Shown here piece after piece: positions 13,761 to 28,347 of a stretch of 64,000 nucleotides of DNA (position 1 is the stretch's first letter; every line of letters starts with the position of its first letter). The position numbers and the translations under genes are program-made. The stretch lies in the NCBI GenBank assembly GCA_976551045.1, contig CDPCPM010000007.1:15562001-15626000 (forward strand), given 5' to 3'. A model generated the notes under the pieces. It did no database searches and was not told the origin of the DNA. It saw only the letters and a list, made by a program, of their open reading frames with translations. Source of the DNA: Glaucostegus cemiculus (taxonomy: Eukaryota).

Positions 13761-14559
13761 TTAGGAGAAAACTGCATAATTTTATACCTACGTTTGACAG
13801 AAATGACCATATTTTTTTTAAAAAACACCAATTTAAATGAAGAGATCTTGGAATAATTGATCCCTTATTACTTTACAAGATGGCCAAATAATGTCTTCAG
13901 GTTGTGAACCAAATACATAAATTGAGATATGATTTTTTTTGTTAGCAACGTTCAGGTGGTCTAATTTGCTCAAACTGTTACATTCAGTCCTAAATAGAAT
14001 TTCTTTAAGACTTTATAGATTTATCTACTGGTGCTTTTAGTCAATATTGCAAATTTTTGTTTTAATGATTAAAAACTGGAATAGATGGAAATAGAATGTA
14101 AGGCTTGCTGTAGACGGTTGATTTTAATATGTGTGTACAAGTACTTCATCTAGAGGGCCCAAAATTGCAAACATTGAACAGTTAAAAGCACAGCATTATT
14201 GTCCACAGAGAGTTTGGTATTTATTCTTATCCACCGTTAATTTGATGCACTGGGTGTCTAGATTCAGTTTCGGCATCTGCTTCTATTTTGCTCTTTTTAT
14301 AATATTCCTTCCCCCGCTCTTAGTACTCCTATTACATACATTTGCTTAGTTCCTCCATGCATTGTGCTCATAGTATCAAACAGTGATCTTCATCTTGAGT
14401 GGTTTTGCAAACCAAAAAGGTACTTGGGTTGGATCTCCTTTCAGTGCATTAGTCTGTTTTAATATAAAGCTAGTTGCTCATTTGCTTTCACTTGATGTTG
14501 GGTGAACACAGGTAGGGATTTAAACAGTCAGAAATAACAATACTTTTATCATGCACAGA

Positions 14560-14850
14560 GCCTGAGCTTATTTGGTGAGACCCTGAGTGCCACAGAGCTC
14601 AGTTGGTGACAGATGGTAATACCGTCCTGGAAAATTTGTCACCTCAACATGACATGCTCTATGTAAATGTCCTGATTGTGCAGAGGGAAGCTCCAAATGT
14701 CCCAAGATAATTGCCATGAATGAGCATTGCCTATTCATTATGTGGGTGCTGTGCAAAAGGCATTAATGGATGCTCCCTCTATATTGTCAGAGAAGCCAGG
14801 CAAATCTGCAAGATGTGATTTGGGAATAACAAAAGCAGCACGTGCTAAAT
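14560..14850. promoter_or_regulatory. Candidate conserved non-coding element
   Basis: Complex unique block with TGACAG/TGTCA (TALE-type) and TAAT motifs: 'ggtgacagatggtaat', 'tttgtcacc', 'cattaatgg', 'attgtcag'. Confidence 0.35.
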
Positions 14851-17800
14851 CGTTTACTTTTTTTTTAGAGTAGCTTGCTTTAAATAATCTTTATATTGAA
14901 CATGTGACTTCTCTTCAGCGGCTGTTGTAGCTACAATTCAATTTCTCTGTTCTATTTTACTGCCTATTGTAAGCACAGTAAGTCTTAAAGCGACAGCTTC
15001 AGAGCAGTGGACTCAACCTTTTAAATGCAAACATTTAGCATGCCTTTTTGCAGAAATATCTGTAAATCTGTTCCATGGCTCCAATTATGATACTATTTCC
15101 ACATTGACATAAAATCAGATTTGCTCCACAAGTAAACAATTCAACCAGAATAACTTGGGCAAGATGATTAATCCCATTCACTAGCATATTGGAAATTGGA
15201 AATATGAGAGCATTTTCATCTTTATAATGGCTTTCAAATAACTCTCATATGGTATCAAGTCTGCTATAAAAAGGTCTGTTGGATTTCCTGCAACTTATTC
15301 TTTGGTTTGGTATCAGATGTATTTAATTATACATAAAATAGAATGCTCTTTATCTTGTGTTTCAAAACTTTAAAATCTAGCTTTCTAGGGTGTGTGGCTC
15401 AATGGATGCAGACAAGTATTAACTATTCTTCTGAGCAAAGTCAGAATATGAAATGGGAAAACAGTTTAAATCTGAGCATCATGCTATATGGATACTAATA
15501 TTGCTGTAAAAGTACAGATAGTATATTTATCAAAACATTAAATGTTATCAGTATGCCTTTTTATAAAGCATTTATGATGCCAACTATGCAATGCCGGCTA
15601 TGCAATGCCTCTGCTCACCAATGATAGCGAGAGATTACCTAAAGAAAGGAAAATAAACAAAACATGCAAATAAATTATAAAAGCAATTATTCTCAAGCTT
15701 TTCGATAATGCTGGCAGATAGAGGGATATTCTAGATTGTTTTTGAATATAATTGTGTGCATTTCAGATCTTTGAATCAAAACCATGTCTACTTTCTTAAA
15801 TTCAAGTAAAAGATCCTGTAGCATTATTTAGGAGTCCAAGGCATTTTCCCCACGTCCAAAATATTATTTATCCTTCAGTCAATGTCACAAAACTGATTTT
15901 CTGATCATTATATGATATCTGTTTGTGGAAGCTTACTGTACGCCAGGGTAGCCTGACATTGTAAAGAATATGTATATATGCAGGTCTTTCTTAAGCCTAT
16001 GCCTTTTACACAAATAGAGAGCCCATCTTATGTGGTGTACCTTTAGATACATTGATCAATGCACATACACAAAACAAAATATAAAGCTGGAAAGAAACTG
16101 GAGTTAAATGTGTACATTTAAGGAAAAAGCTGAACAAATGATATTAAAAGCAGTAGGCTGGACAAAATAGTTTGGCATTCTAAGCTGATGCATCTACATC
16201 ATGGTTTGTGCAGTACAACAGGTATATTAAATTGTCATCATCATCATCAAAGTATCTTACTTTTACATGAAAGCCAAAAAGTTAAAGAAAATTGAGGAAA
16301 AGCGGGTAAGAAACAGGATCAACTAATTTGTCATGTGCTTGTAGTTATTTTCCATACACGATACTGAAATTAGAAAGGACTCAGATAGTATTAGAGTTTC
16401 TCCCAGCCACTCTTTGACAAGATGGACATCTCTGAAAAAAAAATTAAAATTTTGGAGTCAGTGTGGATTCATTAGACTGTAATTAATCAAAATTGTTGCT
16501 GTGGCTTCCTTCATTTTCCATTGTTTGAGTCTTTCATTTTACTATTTTCTATTGTAGGAATTCTGAAAGACAGAGAATAATCATTTAATTGACAAGATCT
16601 CACAGAGTGAAGGCAGAAATATCAAACAGATATATCATTGATTAACATTTAAAAAAGGATTAGTTATAGGAGCAAACAATTCAATTTTGTCCATTTGTGA
16701 TTAGATTGTCTTAGCCAGCTGAAGGATTGCAAACTGAGTCAATCTAAATACCCATGGGTTTGGAGTTTTACTTCAGGGCATTGAGAGTTTCTTGTGATCT
16801 GACTGATGGTTTGTCTTACACTTATTTTAAGATTAGAACAAAAGGCAGAAAATAGAAAAATCTAAAACATACAAATGGTCCTTTAAACTTGGAAAAGAGT
16901 ACTTCACCTTTGCTCATCATTAAATAGTTAGCAGCAGTAACATTGCAACTCTTACACAATAATGATCAGGTAAAGGTATGTTAATTCATAGTAGTAAAAT
17001 AATAGTGAACATTTAGCTCCAATATAAGCTCTCTGTACAAACACAGTAAAACAGTGAAACTAATTTACTGCCAACAATTGAATAAAAGTTCATAAACAAT
17101 ATTTTGAAAAAGACCTCCCATATTTAAATCATCCTTTGTATACTTTAGCAACATAATGGACCATAGTGGGACTTAATATATTGATTTAAGACAATAGGCA
17201 GAGGTTTCATATACTTTTAATCTTAACAATAGGTAACAGTGAGTGAAAGAAAGGCATTTATTTTGAAGGTCAATTTGATGTTCAATGTTGTCATAGGTTT
17301 ATATCTCTAGCTCTAAGCCATCAGTTTTAATATTTAGATTAATATATGGTATTATTTACTTAGGCATTTTAACATAGTGCTTATCAAAATCCTTAAAATA
17401 ATGTCCAGTAATTTCTAGATGGAACTCAGTTTAACAGAAAGTAATTGACTTGCCAGAACTGACTGATACTTACTGAACATTACTTATCTATCCCTGATCT
17501 TCTTAGTCCCAAAAATTGGAGTTCTCACACTAGAGAAAATGTCCAGAATTTGGATTAATAATAAAACCTCCAAAGGCTGATTGAAGCAGCCAAAAAACAA
17601 TCTTCTCCACTTCGGGAAAACTCACCTCGCCTCAGTTTCAAAGTTAATAATTGAGTTTGGGAGTCATAGTGTGACTCTACCCCGATATGTGACATTCATA
17701 AGCTTGATATTTGCATATAATTTAATTGGAACTAACTAAATTCTTAGAACAAAATATCAAAAATCTTAGTTAAATAATGAAGCTTTTTCTGCAGCTCTAC

Positions 17801-20800
17801 CTCAGGTATGAATGATGAATGCTCATTAATTTGGTTGTGCTGTGGGACTGGATATTAAATAACAGCAAACAGTATTGCCTCTGATGCACCCATTGATTTA
17901 AACAGTTCACCCAATATGATGAAATCCTTTGCAGCTGGATGTCAAGTGGACATATACACTCATTATCAGTCACATCTCTGCTTTCATTATACAAAACCAG
18001 TATCTATAATTGTGGTGCCACTGTCCTTGTGTGTTAGGGGATACAGCTACCATTGAGAAACAAAAAGATCATTGATATTAATAAGGCAATGACCAGCAAA
18101 TGCAAATATTTTAACTTTGTTGTGTACCTAGACATTTTTGTTATCCCTAATTAGAAGCTAGATTCAGTGAAAGAATGGAATGTTTTACTCACAGAATAAT
18201 CCAATAGCTTCCTTTGTCTGATTTCAGTCTCTAAGTTCTTTAAATTTACAGATTTTGTATCATAAGATGTAGTCCTACAAAAATGATTTGGTCTTTTTTT
18301 TTTGCATTATCAGACTGCACGTCCCTTATTTGAAATCTAATATTTTGCAGACAACTAGGATTTTATAATAAAGCAAAGTCATGCTGGAAACCAAATGTAG
18401 TCATAATAAAGTAAACTGCAGAGAAAATAGAAATCATCAAGTAGAAAATATATGGAATGCTTATTGTTACAAAATAGTGAAATTAATAGCTTTAAAAAAA
18501 GCAGCTTTGGTTATCTTTACTGCACTATTAACAATGTGGTTTCAATAGCTAGGCCAGGTTTTTTTTTAAGCAGAACCCCTGCATTACTTGTGAATGGTCT
18601 GATCCATTGACTTAATGGAATGCAGTACAGAGAGTGCAATGCGGCAAGACCGCTCAATCTCCTTTTTTTGTGCCAGTACTTACAGTACCATAGCAGTTTA
18701 CCACATTATTTCAGATGTAGTATTCACCTCCCTTTTCATGCTACATTGACACCCTCCTACTCTCCACCTTGTTTTGTGGAACAATGAACAGTGCGCTTGT
18801 GCACAGTGCACCATTCTACCATAGAAGTCAGAACTGCAGCAGTTTCACCTGATTGGTAAAAGCTTTGTTCTTGCTGCAGGGTTGAAAAAGCTGACAAGGC
18901 ACTTAATCTCTCCTCTTAATAATTGGAAATGACATAGCCCAGTATGTGCATTCAGCTTTATGGTACTGCAGTAAATCAGATGTTAATGCAACTTACCACA
19001 TCCCCCACCCCCACTCTATCATCTACCCCAGCGCTGAAGGTTATTTCCATGCAAACTCTTAGGCCGATTAAGGATTCTAATCTTTGTTTTGGTCCAAAAG
19101 CCCTTGGTTTGTTTACAAATGCAGGAGACACACAGAAGGCAGCTTGGTAATCCTCTCTACATTTGCCCTAATCTCTGCTGCACGAATACACTTGTGCATC
19201 TTTAATATTTTCCTTCCTCCAAACCTTTAGCTATTTCTGTCACAACAGGAGGACAACAAAAAGCTAGATTATGCCTTTCACTTGACATTGGACCTATACC
19301 CTTCCTATTTCCTTTTATACTTCTTGTTAAGATACACATATTAAATATATAGTACCTGGAGATGTAAATTCTGCTTTAACATTTTTTAAAATTAAAATTC
19401 CATAAAATTTGGGGAAGGTAGCATCATGTGTGGATGAGATTTTAAAATATACTTCGCCAGAAAAGCTGCATTTTCAAGATCATTTAAAAAAACCAAAGTT
19501 TGCAACAGTGGAGATTTTGGAAACAATGACAATTTTTGTCTGAATTGCTGTGACGTCTAATTTACATCTGCAATTCTCTAGAAATTTTTTGGGTCTATTT
19601 TGAAATTTTTACTTCCTATAGATATATTTTCAATATTAATAGTGTCAATTTAAATAGGGTTTCAGAGGAATCTGTTTGGATTTTCATTTTTGACATTCAT
19701 CATCCTTCATATAAACAAAGGGCTCCTTTCAGCTCCTGTTACCTCATCACACAGCTGCATAATTAACTATTTTACAGACATGATTGATTCACATTTCTCA
19801 GCCCCTCCCTTAGATATGTTTATTCTTAATGCAGTATTATAACATTGGCTACTTTCAAATATAAATATTTCATTGGGAACTACCAGCTTACTTAAATTCA
19901 TTAAATGTGTATATAAATGTAGTTGCTTTGCTATACATAAAATAGCATCAGGAAGGAGAAACTATTCACTCTATATATAAGAAAATCATACAATCATCCA
20001 TAAATGATCTTACATCTAAGTAGAACAAATGCTGAATTTTATACCTCATCATTGAGTTTGAAGCTACAAATTAGTAGCATGCAAACTTGCAGTAAATTTA
20101 TTCAGAGAGACATTCACTGTATAAACAAAATATTTACGCATTGATTTGAGAAGATCCTGGAGCTTCATCACAGGGAACATTGGAGAGTGGGAATGGGGTA
20201 GATAACGCCACAGTTCTTTAAAAGAGAAATTACTGGCCTCCTTCTTTGATGACATTTATAAACTTCTATAATTATATCAAATGAAACTTTGCAGTTTGAC
20301 ATAACTTGTGTAAACAAAAACATTTTACCATACTTCTATTATAAAGCTGACGTCACTTTGAAGTAATGTATTGGAACACCATTCATCATGTTATCAAATA
20401 TGAGGTTGTACTTTTGTTTTTGCACTGTTCAGGCTTGGTTGGTTCAGGCGGAGATCCACAGCAGACCTTAGGTACAATCAGGAAGGAAAATCAGAGACTG
20501 AACCATCAGAGCTACTCTTTGCATGTCATGGGAGTCAGCTCCAGAATAGCTCCGGGGAGGTTTTATGAATGGCTTTCCAGCCTTTTCCATTATTTTGGAA
20601 TGATGTGCAACATACGAAAAATTAAAGGGCAAGGTGAAAAATAAAGAAATTAAAAGAACCTGTTTCATGTGTTGAAATACTGACTATATCAATAACATCT
20701 GAAATATAATAGCAATTCCATACAAAATTTTTATTTAAGTGCAGCAGAATAATTATATAAATAAAATATTTAATAGAAGTATGAGCCCAGGACTATGGGT

Positions 20801-23298
20801 TCATACCAGTTATCCAGAACCCAGACCAGTTATCGACATGTTTCTCCACTTTCCACCATTTCTCCATGTTCCTGCATCTCCAACAGACCACTTGAAGAAA
20901 AGAACTAGCCTTCGTTTTTAGATTTTATTGTCCATTTTATTTCCTCACTGCAATGCAGTTCTTTATAGAGAGCCGAAAACATCCACTGACATTCTCATAA
21001 TGACTGTCAGCCACGCCTGTACTGTTACATTTAACAGACTTGCTGTTGATAATTCTTTGCATTGTCTAGTGCATTCAAAATGGCTGACAAAGGCTTAAGT
21101 GAAATATTCAAAGTAGCACCTGGCCCTTCCCAAACCAAAAGACTTACTTGATTTGCTTTTATAAAATAAATAATTACTCAGAGTGGATTTCTCTAAATAT
21201 GATTGTTGCCAATATGCAAATTAAACTCAATTTACTTGTGATTACCTGATCATCTATAGGATAATTTAAAATATATATTTGAAATTCTATTTGCTTTTGT
21301 CATGCAGGCTGATAAGTTTCTATTCATCATTTAACATCTTTTGGTGGTTTCAGTTATTTTAGAAGGAAAAGAATCTCATAAGAACTTTCCCAAATCTGTA
21401 ACATCACCATATCCATTAGTTAAAATACAGTGGTTACAAATAAAAGGCAGCAAACAAAAACTTAGCAATTCATTCTCTGCCAACAACTGTTCTTGGTGTT
21501 CTTGCTTGCAAAATTTAACAAAGTTGGATCGTGTCAAGCAATAACTTGCTTTAATTCAAACATAAGCGTCATAAATTATTGTTTCATTTTGACAGCAGAG
21601 AGTTTCAGAAGTAAGCTAAATTACAAAACCCTGCATCGGGAGCAAAGAATAACTATTTGCCTTATGTTTTTATTTTTACAGGTCCATGGGTTGTAAACAG
21701 CTTCTCCAGAAATGATTAAGACAAACAAGAAAGTGGCTGTAATGCAAAATAAAGAATGAGGGCATGCAATCAAGAATTTCTTTGCATATAAAGTACCGAA
21801 ATTTCTGGTGTAAAGTTCAAGGAGAGGAGCATTTTGTTAAAATGTAATTATTTTTTAACATCGATAGCAATATGAATAATAAAACCCCAGAAAAGAACAT
21901 AAACACAATATTTTAGTTTATTATGTGAATAGTAATACCCCTTGCTTCCAGTTCATTCTTACTTTACATAATTTATTATGGTAAAGGTTAGATAAACAAC
22001 TATTTGGAAAACATAAAATGTCTCTCTAAAGGGTTACAGGAGCAACAAGAATGGTATTTACACATTTATATTAATAGAAACTATAGTTCAGGGTGTAAGG
22101 ACTATTATAACACATTTTTTAAAATCACTGTAAGGCTATATTATCATGTCAACACCATTGTAGTAAGAGGACAATGTGCACGATTATGTTCAAGCTGGAT
22201 GCTTTCACTCAAAATTATGAATGACTAAATAATATTATCATCTTTGTACAAATTATGTCTGCATTTTATGTACCAAGACAACTACTGTAGTGAAGTTAGA
22301 TGTTTCAGTCAATCTCTGGACAGCATAATAAGTCGAGAGGGTAACTTTGTGTTTCTTGAGGATATAACGATAGGTAATCAAATCCAATGATTAAAAATGC
22401 ACTGAGATTCACTAAGACTGCTGTTAATTTCCTTGTTGTGCTAAACTGAAAGTCAGTCTTTATATTTGAGCAGTGAATGTTGTGACTGAGGAAATGGGGT
22501 ATTACCTCAGCCAAATTCTACATGTCCTAATGGTTAATTTTAAACAGAAATCAGTATTAAGAATGATCTTACTTTGGTACTGACACTGAGTCTGAAATTG
22601 CTTACAAAAAATATGAAAGAACTCTTCACGCTGGGGATGAATGTGGTAGTTATTATTTGCGATCTGGAATCTCTTTCCAGCTGCTTGTAGACATTGCCCT
22701 CTGTTTGAATTAACCCCATGTTTTCTAACATGTACTACTCAGCTATTTCCTTTTAAGTAGCTATGAAAAATAATTAAGTTTCTATGCAAAATTACAGAAG
22801 TTGTAAATAAGGGAAGCGTAATAAAGCCAAAAAGCACAGACAGAAAATGACATAAAGCTGCTATAAAGAGAATTCACACAAAATTGCTGGGTGTAGTTTC
22901 TGCTATTCATCTTTCTGTTGTGAAACATTATAATGGTATGTAATATTATTTCCAGAGGATAATGTAATAGAAAGCATTTATTCTGTATAGGTTATATTGT
23001 AAACTGCTTAAGCTATTACTGTCCAGAAGTCACTTAAAAACCCTGCACTGGAATGGACAGATGGCCTTTTAAAGTAAGGAAATTAAAGTGATTTGCTGTG
23101 GACACTTTACAAAACCTGTCCTTATTGGTGCCTGACATCAATGTTTTGAGTGTTATAATGAAATGTTGTCAGTTAAAATGAATCAAGTTTTACCCATTCA
23201 AAGGGGACAGTCACGCTGTACACAGATGCCAAGACTGTTATATTTTTCTCCAGTTAAGGAGTCCAGTGCATTCAATTGTATGTTTATGCAAATATGTA

Positions 23299-23362
23299 CA
23301 CATGCACACACTCATACAAAAACACACAAAACCACACACGCATACACACACAAACACACGCA
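23299..23362. repeat. Degenerate (CA)n microsatellite
   Basis: 'cacatgcacacactcatacaaaaacacacaaaaccacacacgcatacacacacaaacacacgca'. Confidence 0.8.
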
Positions 23363-25811
23363 TTATGTGTGTCCACAATAGGAAGAGTTGGCAGTATCTC
23401 ACTCTTCTGGATCAGTATTGGTTCTGCCATTGGTGCTTAGAGCAATCCTCTACTACCACAATGAAACTGAGAACGATTGAGTTTACATAATCATTTGATT
23501 AGTGAAGAAATTATATTCATGCTTAAATTAATTTTCCAATTTAATTCAAACAGTGTATGTACCATTGATTTGAAAGCAGAGGATTAGTAAATAAAGATTG
23601 TTCTGAGAAGTTAATCTCTCTAAATATTTTTGTTAAACAATTTGAGGGTGCAGTTTCTTTCATCAGAATGATTTAGATCCCGTATTATAAACCTATATGA
23701 GTATCTCACTATACAAATGGGAATTTAAGGGGAGTGATTGGGCAGTGTAGTCCTAGCTGCACATCATTGCTGACCATTGTTGCTTAGGTTGGATCCATAT
23801 CTGTTCCAAACAGAGAAAAACATGTTACCACCAATGGAAGAGTCGACAGTCTAAGATTACCAAAAAGCATAGGCAAAAACATATACAAAAAGCTTAGCAT
23901 CTGATCACATCTACTGTTGTACCATTTCCTCAAGGTCACCGCTTAAGTTTCACAGAATACATCTGCTAAAAATCACAGGGATTCATGCAACTCTCAGTAA
24001 AGGTTTCTGTTAGACCAAAATTCAGATTTCAGAAGTCTGACACCTTCGAATTCTTTGAAATATACCCACTATTCTCATATTTAAAACAATACTATTGCTA
24101 AACATTATTTATGTGCAACATTAAAGTCCAAATTATTATATGTTCTATTTCTTTAGATGGATATTTAACAATTTCATGTGAATACTTGCTTTACAGTATA
24201 TTCAATAACAACTATTTAGCATTCTCCTGCCCATTATCCATGCTCTGATTCTTCCTGACAACCAACATTCCAAGTGGAACAGCCAAATACTTTATTTTGC
24301 AATTTTTTTCAAAATAAGATTATTTGATATTTTAATATTTTTGAAAAATTAGTCAAACATGTCTTTGATGCAATATAATTTATTTTATAAATAAGCTCAT
24401 TTTACAAAAAAAACCCAAGAAAACAAAAAAAAAAGCAGGTCAGTTAGCCACAGTTGATCATTTACCTTGGTGCCACTTTCCTGCATTGACCATATATGCC
24501 TTGATTCCCTTGAAAATTAACCTCTGAGCATTGTGTAAGTTTTATTATATCATGGAGAAACTCACAAAAGGAATTACTTGCCTTCTTTATAATCTTTTTG
24601 AAATAGCTGCTGAACCACAGACTTATAGATGCATTCTGATTAAAGTGGTTTTAATCAAAGGAATAATATAAATTCAAGCAAACAAAAAAATATGGGTATT
24701 TATTCAGAATGTGTTTTGAATTACAATTGAAGATGTTATCTCAATAGTTGATATCCACACATAGATAAGAGAAAAGTATATTAACTATTTAAGATACTTT
24801 ATAAAACTATTTAAAATTAACTATATAAAAGTATTTATCCTGGTGTTTTAATTAATTTTAAATATTTTAAATGTTAATTGTGGAAATAACATATTTATAA
24901 AATAATAGTTATTTTTATATAAAAAATATAGGAGGTGATAAATTGTGTTTGCCATGAATTTCCAAGGATATATTACCTTCAGTGGTCAGGTTATTACCAG
25001 AATTGACCTTAGACAATATATCTCAAGAGACAGTTGGATTCATTGAGTGACCTAGCCCAGTAAATGAGTCTCAGAACCTGTAAGTGTTCTAATAAACATG
25101 TTTCTTGGAAAATATTAACAGATAAAAATTCTGTAGACCATACCATTTTCATGAAGCTTTTATGTACTAAGATTGAAAGATTTTCAGTCACAAATCTGCC
25201 AAATTGATGCAAATATGCTGTTTTGTAACTATAGAAGTGCTTAATATAATACTAAAGATAAATTGACTGCAACAGTCAGAGATAGCTAATCATATGCTAT
25301 ATAAAATTCAGTCCAACTTCTTTGCTAAAGCGATGCCTGTGTACCATACTAAATATATATAAAAAATCAAAGTTTTCTTCTTAGCTTGCTTCCTTCAGAT
25401 TTCTAAACCAAAGTTTATTTTACAATTATGGTCAGTTGTCTAAGTGTTCATGAACTTTTTATAATCTTAAGATACTCAACCTAAAATATGAAGGAAATGT
25501 TTCCTTGAACACTAAGTGCTAATGAATATTGATATATATAGTTGCATCAGCTATATGTCATTTCAAAGGTTCACATGCAATAACCTTGCAATGTTCCATT
25601 ACTTTGTGGGAATGATGGACATGTAGGTTAATGTAGTCCAAAGGTGGGGCAGCCTTTAGGCAGTATATGAACTCCCATCGTTAGGACTTGTATGTTGTAG
25701 TAAAGTCATCTGAATTGCTAGACTCCAATGACAAAATCAGGGCCCAAATGCATTTGATTTTTTCAAATTTAATTACTTGCAACATCCCGTAATGAAGACT
25801 ATATATCCAGA

Positions 25812-26080
25812 ATGCTTGCATTGTTCTTTAACTAATGTAAAGAAAACTGTGACTTGAAATCCAATGTGCCAATACATCTAACTAGTGGAATCAATGACCA
25901 GAAATCTAATGTGCCAACTTACACTGTTATTTAACTAATGAAATCAAAGATTAGCCATCAGTATGCTTGCACTACTATTTACCTGGTGAAATTATTACTA
26001 AAACATGATATGCTTGCAGTGTTGTTTAACTAGTGAAATTAATAACTAAAAATCAACTGTGGCTGCTTGCAATGTTGTTT
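25812..26080. repeat. Degenerate minisatellite, ~45-60 bp unit, about 6 copies
   Basis: Recurring '(a)tgcttgca' at 25812, 25963, 26010 and 26064, and recurring 'taactagtgaaat/taactaatgaaat'. Confidence 0.75.
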
Positions 26081-26749
26081 GATTGAACAGCCGAAGGAAG
26101 GCAAAAAAACTTGCTGCTAAAGAAACTATTTATATGAACAAACAATAATTTTGCTTCTGCCTTTCTTCAATAAAGGTGATATCTTGATATCAAAGGCAAT
26201 TGTTTTCTTCCTAATCAAAGCTTATCCGTGATATTATAACTAAAAACACATTTGAAAGAATGAGCAATCACATCCATTGGGGTATTTGACAGTTGCAGTT
26301 TAGAGTGTGTTGAATCTTTCATTTCATTGTTTGCTTGAATTTCTCTTTTTTCTATTGCTTGTGTAATTCGATAAACTTTATCTTCTTAGATGCTTTGGAT
26401 TTAATCATTTCTGTTGCTGTGTATCCCAGTACAAACGCGGTATTAAGCATATTTCAATCATTTTGAAGATTTGAAGTCATTTTTAAATCTGCTTTGCCAC
26501 CACGGATTAGATTTCGATATTAAAACAACTGATTGGGTGTTTTGCTGGGATCCAGATTATCAAAGCTATGAAATATCAATTTTAAACTCACATTGGATAT
26601 AGAAATACCGTGCCTTTATATTGTTTTCTATTAGCAAAAGTCAGTATTTTCTTCCACCATTTATAACTGAACAAACTGTGCAAAGGGACAATTCTAAATT
26701 ATGGGATGATAAAATAGCTGATTTTGATGGGACTTGTACCTGAAATAAC

Positions 26750-27850
26750 AGCCCAGCTGAAAAAGGAATCGAAGGCGTGCACAAGGCTAGTGCGAATTGG
26801 TTCCTATTAATAGCCTTGATGCAGTTTGACGTTCACTTGTGCAGAGCGCCGATCTATGCACCGAGTGTACGAGAGTGCCTCAGCTCCAAAGCGTCGATTA
26901 TGAAAGGGCTCAGGGCATGTTTACATCAATCATAGATGCTTATGTTCTAGTGTTCGTTCTGACTTTCCTTACTGTTGGACAATTTCATGTTAAAGGCGAA
27001 GTTAAGGATTTATTTTGTAAGAACGCGTCCATGTATCAATACTCTGGTCTATAATCGAATGACACGATATTGCACTGGTTCGATTGCGTTACTAGTCATC
27101 TCTATTATTTACCACATATTAAGTTACAAAATAAGATTTTGCTTTGTGCCTACCCGGAGGCTATTTCAAATCTGTAAAAAAATCAAGAAATCATTGTTTG
27201 TGTTATTTTCACATGATTAATAAAACCAGTTGAAGAATGCCCTCACTTTCATTACGAAAGAAAAAGAATTAACTCGTCTATATTGCAACCAATAAGTAGC
27301 AATTTGCCTGATACGGTGAAATTCGTTAAAAGATATGTCCATGCCATTTTTTTTTAAATGTCGCTGTGGAACAGATTCATACGGGACAGTGAACAGAGAA
27401 AGGAAATCTAAGCACGTCTGCATAAGCAAACTGCACAAATTCAGTGGACTGAACGTATCTAATGCCTTTGGTGAAGGTCGAAACAGGTCAACAATGTGGC
27501 TGGCGTGGATTATGTCTGTGATACATTTGGAAGACACAGACTGGAAAAGCCAATATGGAAGGGGGGAGGGGCAGACATCGCAGGAGAAGAAAATCTAGTT
27601 TTTATCTATAGCTTGGTGGCTGCAGTTCATAATCGTGTTTCAGTTTGGCAAAATAAAATCCAGAATAAATGTGTTTCCAATGATGTAGTTTTAATACAAC
27701 TTAGTTTGTTGCGATGAGATTAAATTAATAAAATATATCTAGTTTCCTGTTTTTTAAATTTTTGTTAATCGACCTGTTACTATTCAACTATTTCAGCGAT
27801 TGTGCTTTTGCACTAGTGATAACAGAACGTAAGGATTTCATAAATTGCGT
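26750..27850. promoter_or_regulatory. CpG-retaining unique region (candidate hypomethylated regulatory element)
   Basis: Frequent CG dinucleotides in AT-rich, non-repeat sequence (e.g. 'gagcgccgatc', 'aagcgtcgatt', 'aacgcgtcc', 'ttcgattgcgtt'), plus a GC-box-like 'ggggggaggggc' near 27561. Confidence 0.4.
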
Positions 27851-28347
27851 TTTCTATAACGTTATATTTCTTTATATATATGAAATATCATTCCAGGGGC
27901 CAGTATATTTCTACACACACACACACAAAAAAAATGCTAAATCCATTAATAGTAGTTATATTTACAGTTTCACCATTTATATTTTTAGCTTTTAGTATAT
28001 TTGTACATGTATACCTATTTATTGCTTATAAAATTACACATATGCATTGGAATGTTTATAGGAAAAGCAGATATCCAGGAAAATTGTAAAATGTTCACTA
28101 TTGTTTAAACATCTTGCATGCATGCATTTGTACGCATGGAATATTTACACGTATTTAAAGCTAACCAATAGCCTGCAAACATCTGTAAATTAATCACCCA
28201 TTCTTTTCATTTCACAACATATTGTAGTGTTTACAGAATCAGCAAAAGACTAAATTATACCACAAACAGAATGCAATGATCAAAATATCCTTATTGGTGT
28301 GTTGATGAGAAATGAAAGTGATAATTTAATATCAATGAATTTAGTAC

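Noticed and set aside
15584-15609. 'ctatgcaatgcc' tandem duplication (similar case at ~36431-36458)
   Set aside because: Ordinary short slippage duplications.
18505-18516. 'ctttggttatct' matching the start of miR-9
   Set aside because: The match stops after about 12 nt and I see no complementary arm.
21661-21690. Acceptor-like 'tttttatttttacag|gt' (another near 20430)
   Set aside because: No convincing paired donor or coding frame; such tracts are frequent in AT-rich DNA.
25812-26080. CRISPR-like repeat-spacer array
   Set aside because: Eukaryotic context, diverged repeats, and intervening sequences related to each other: a minisatellite.
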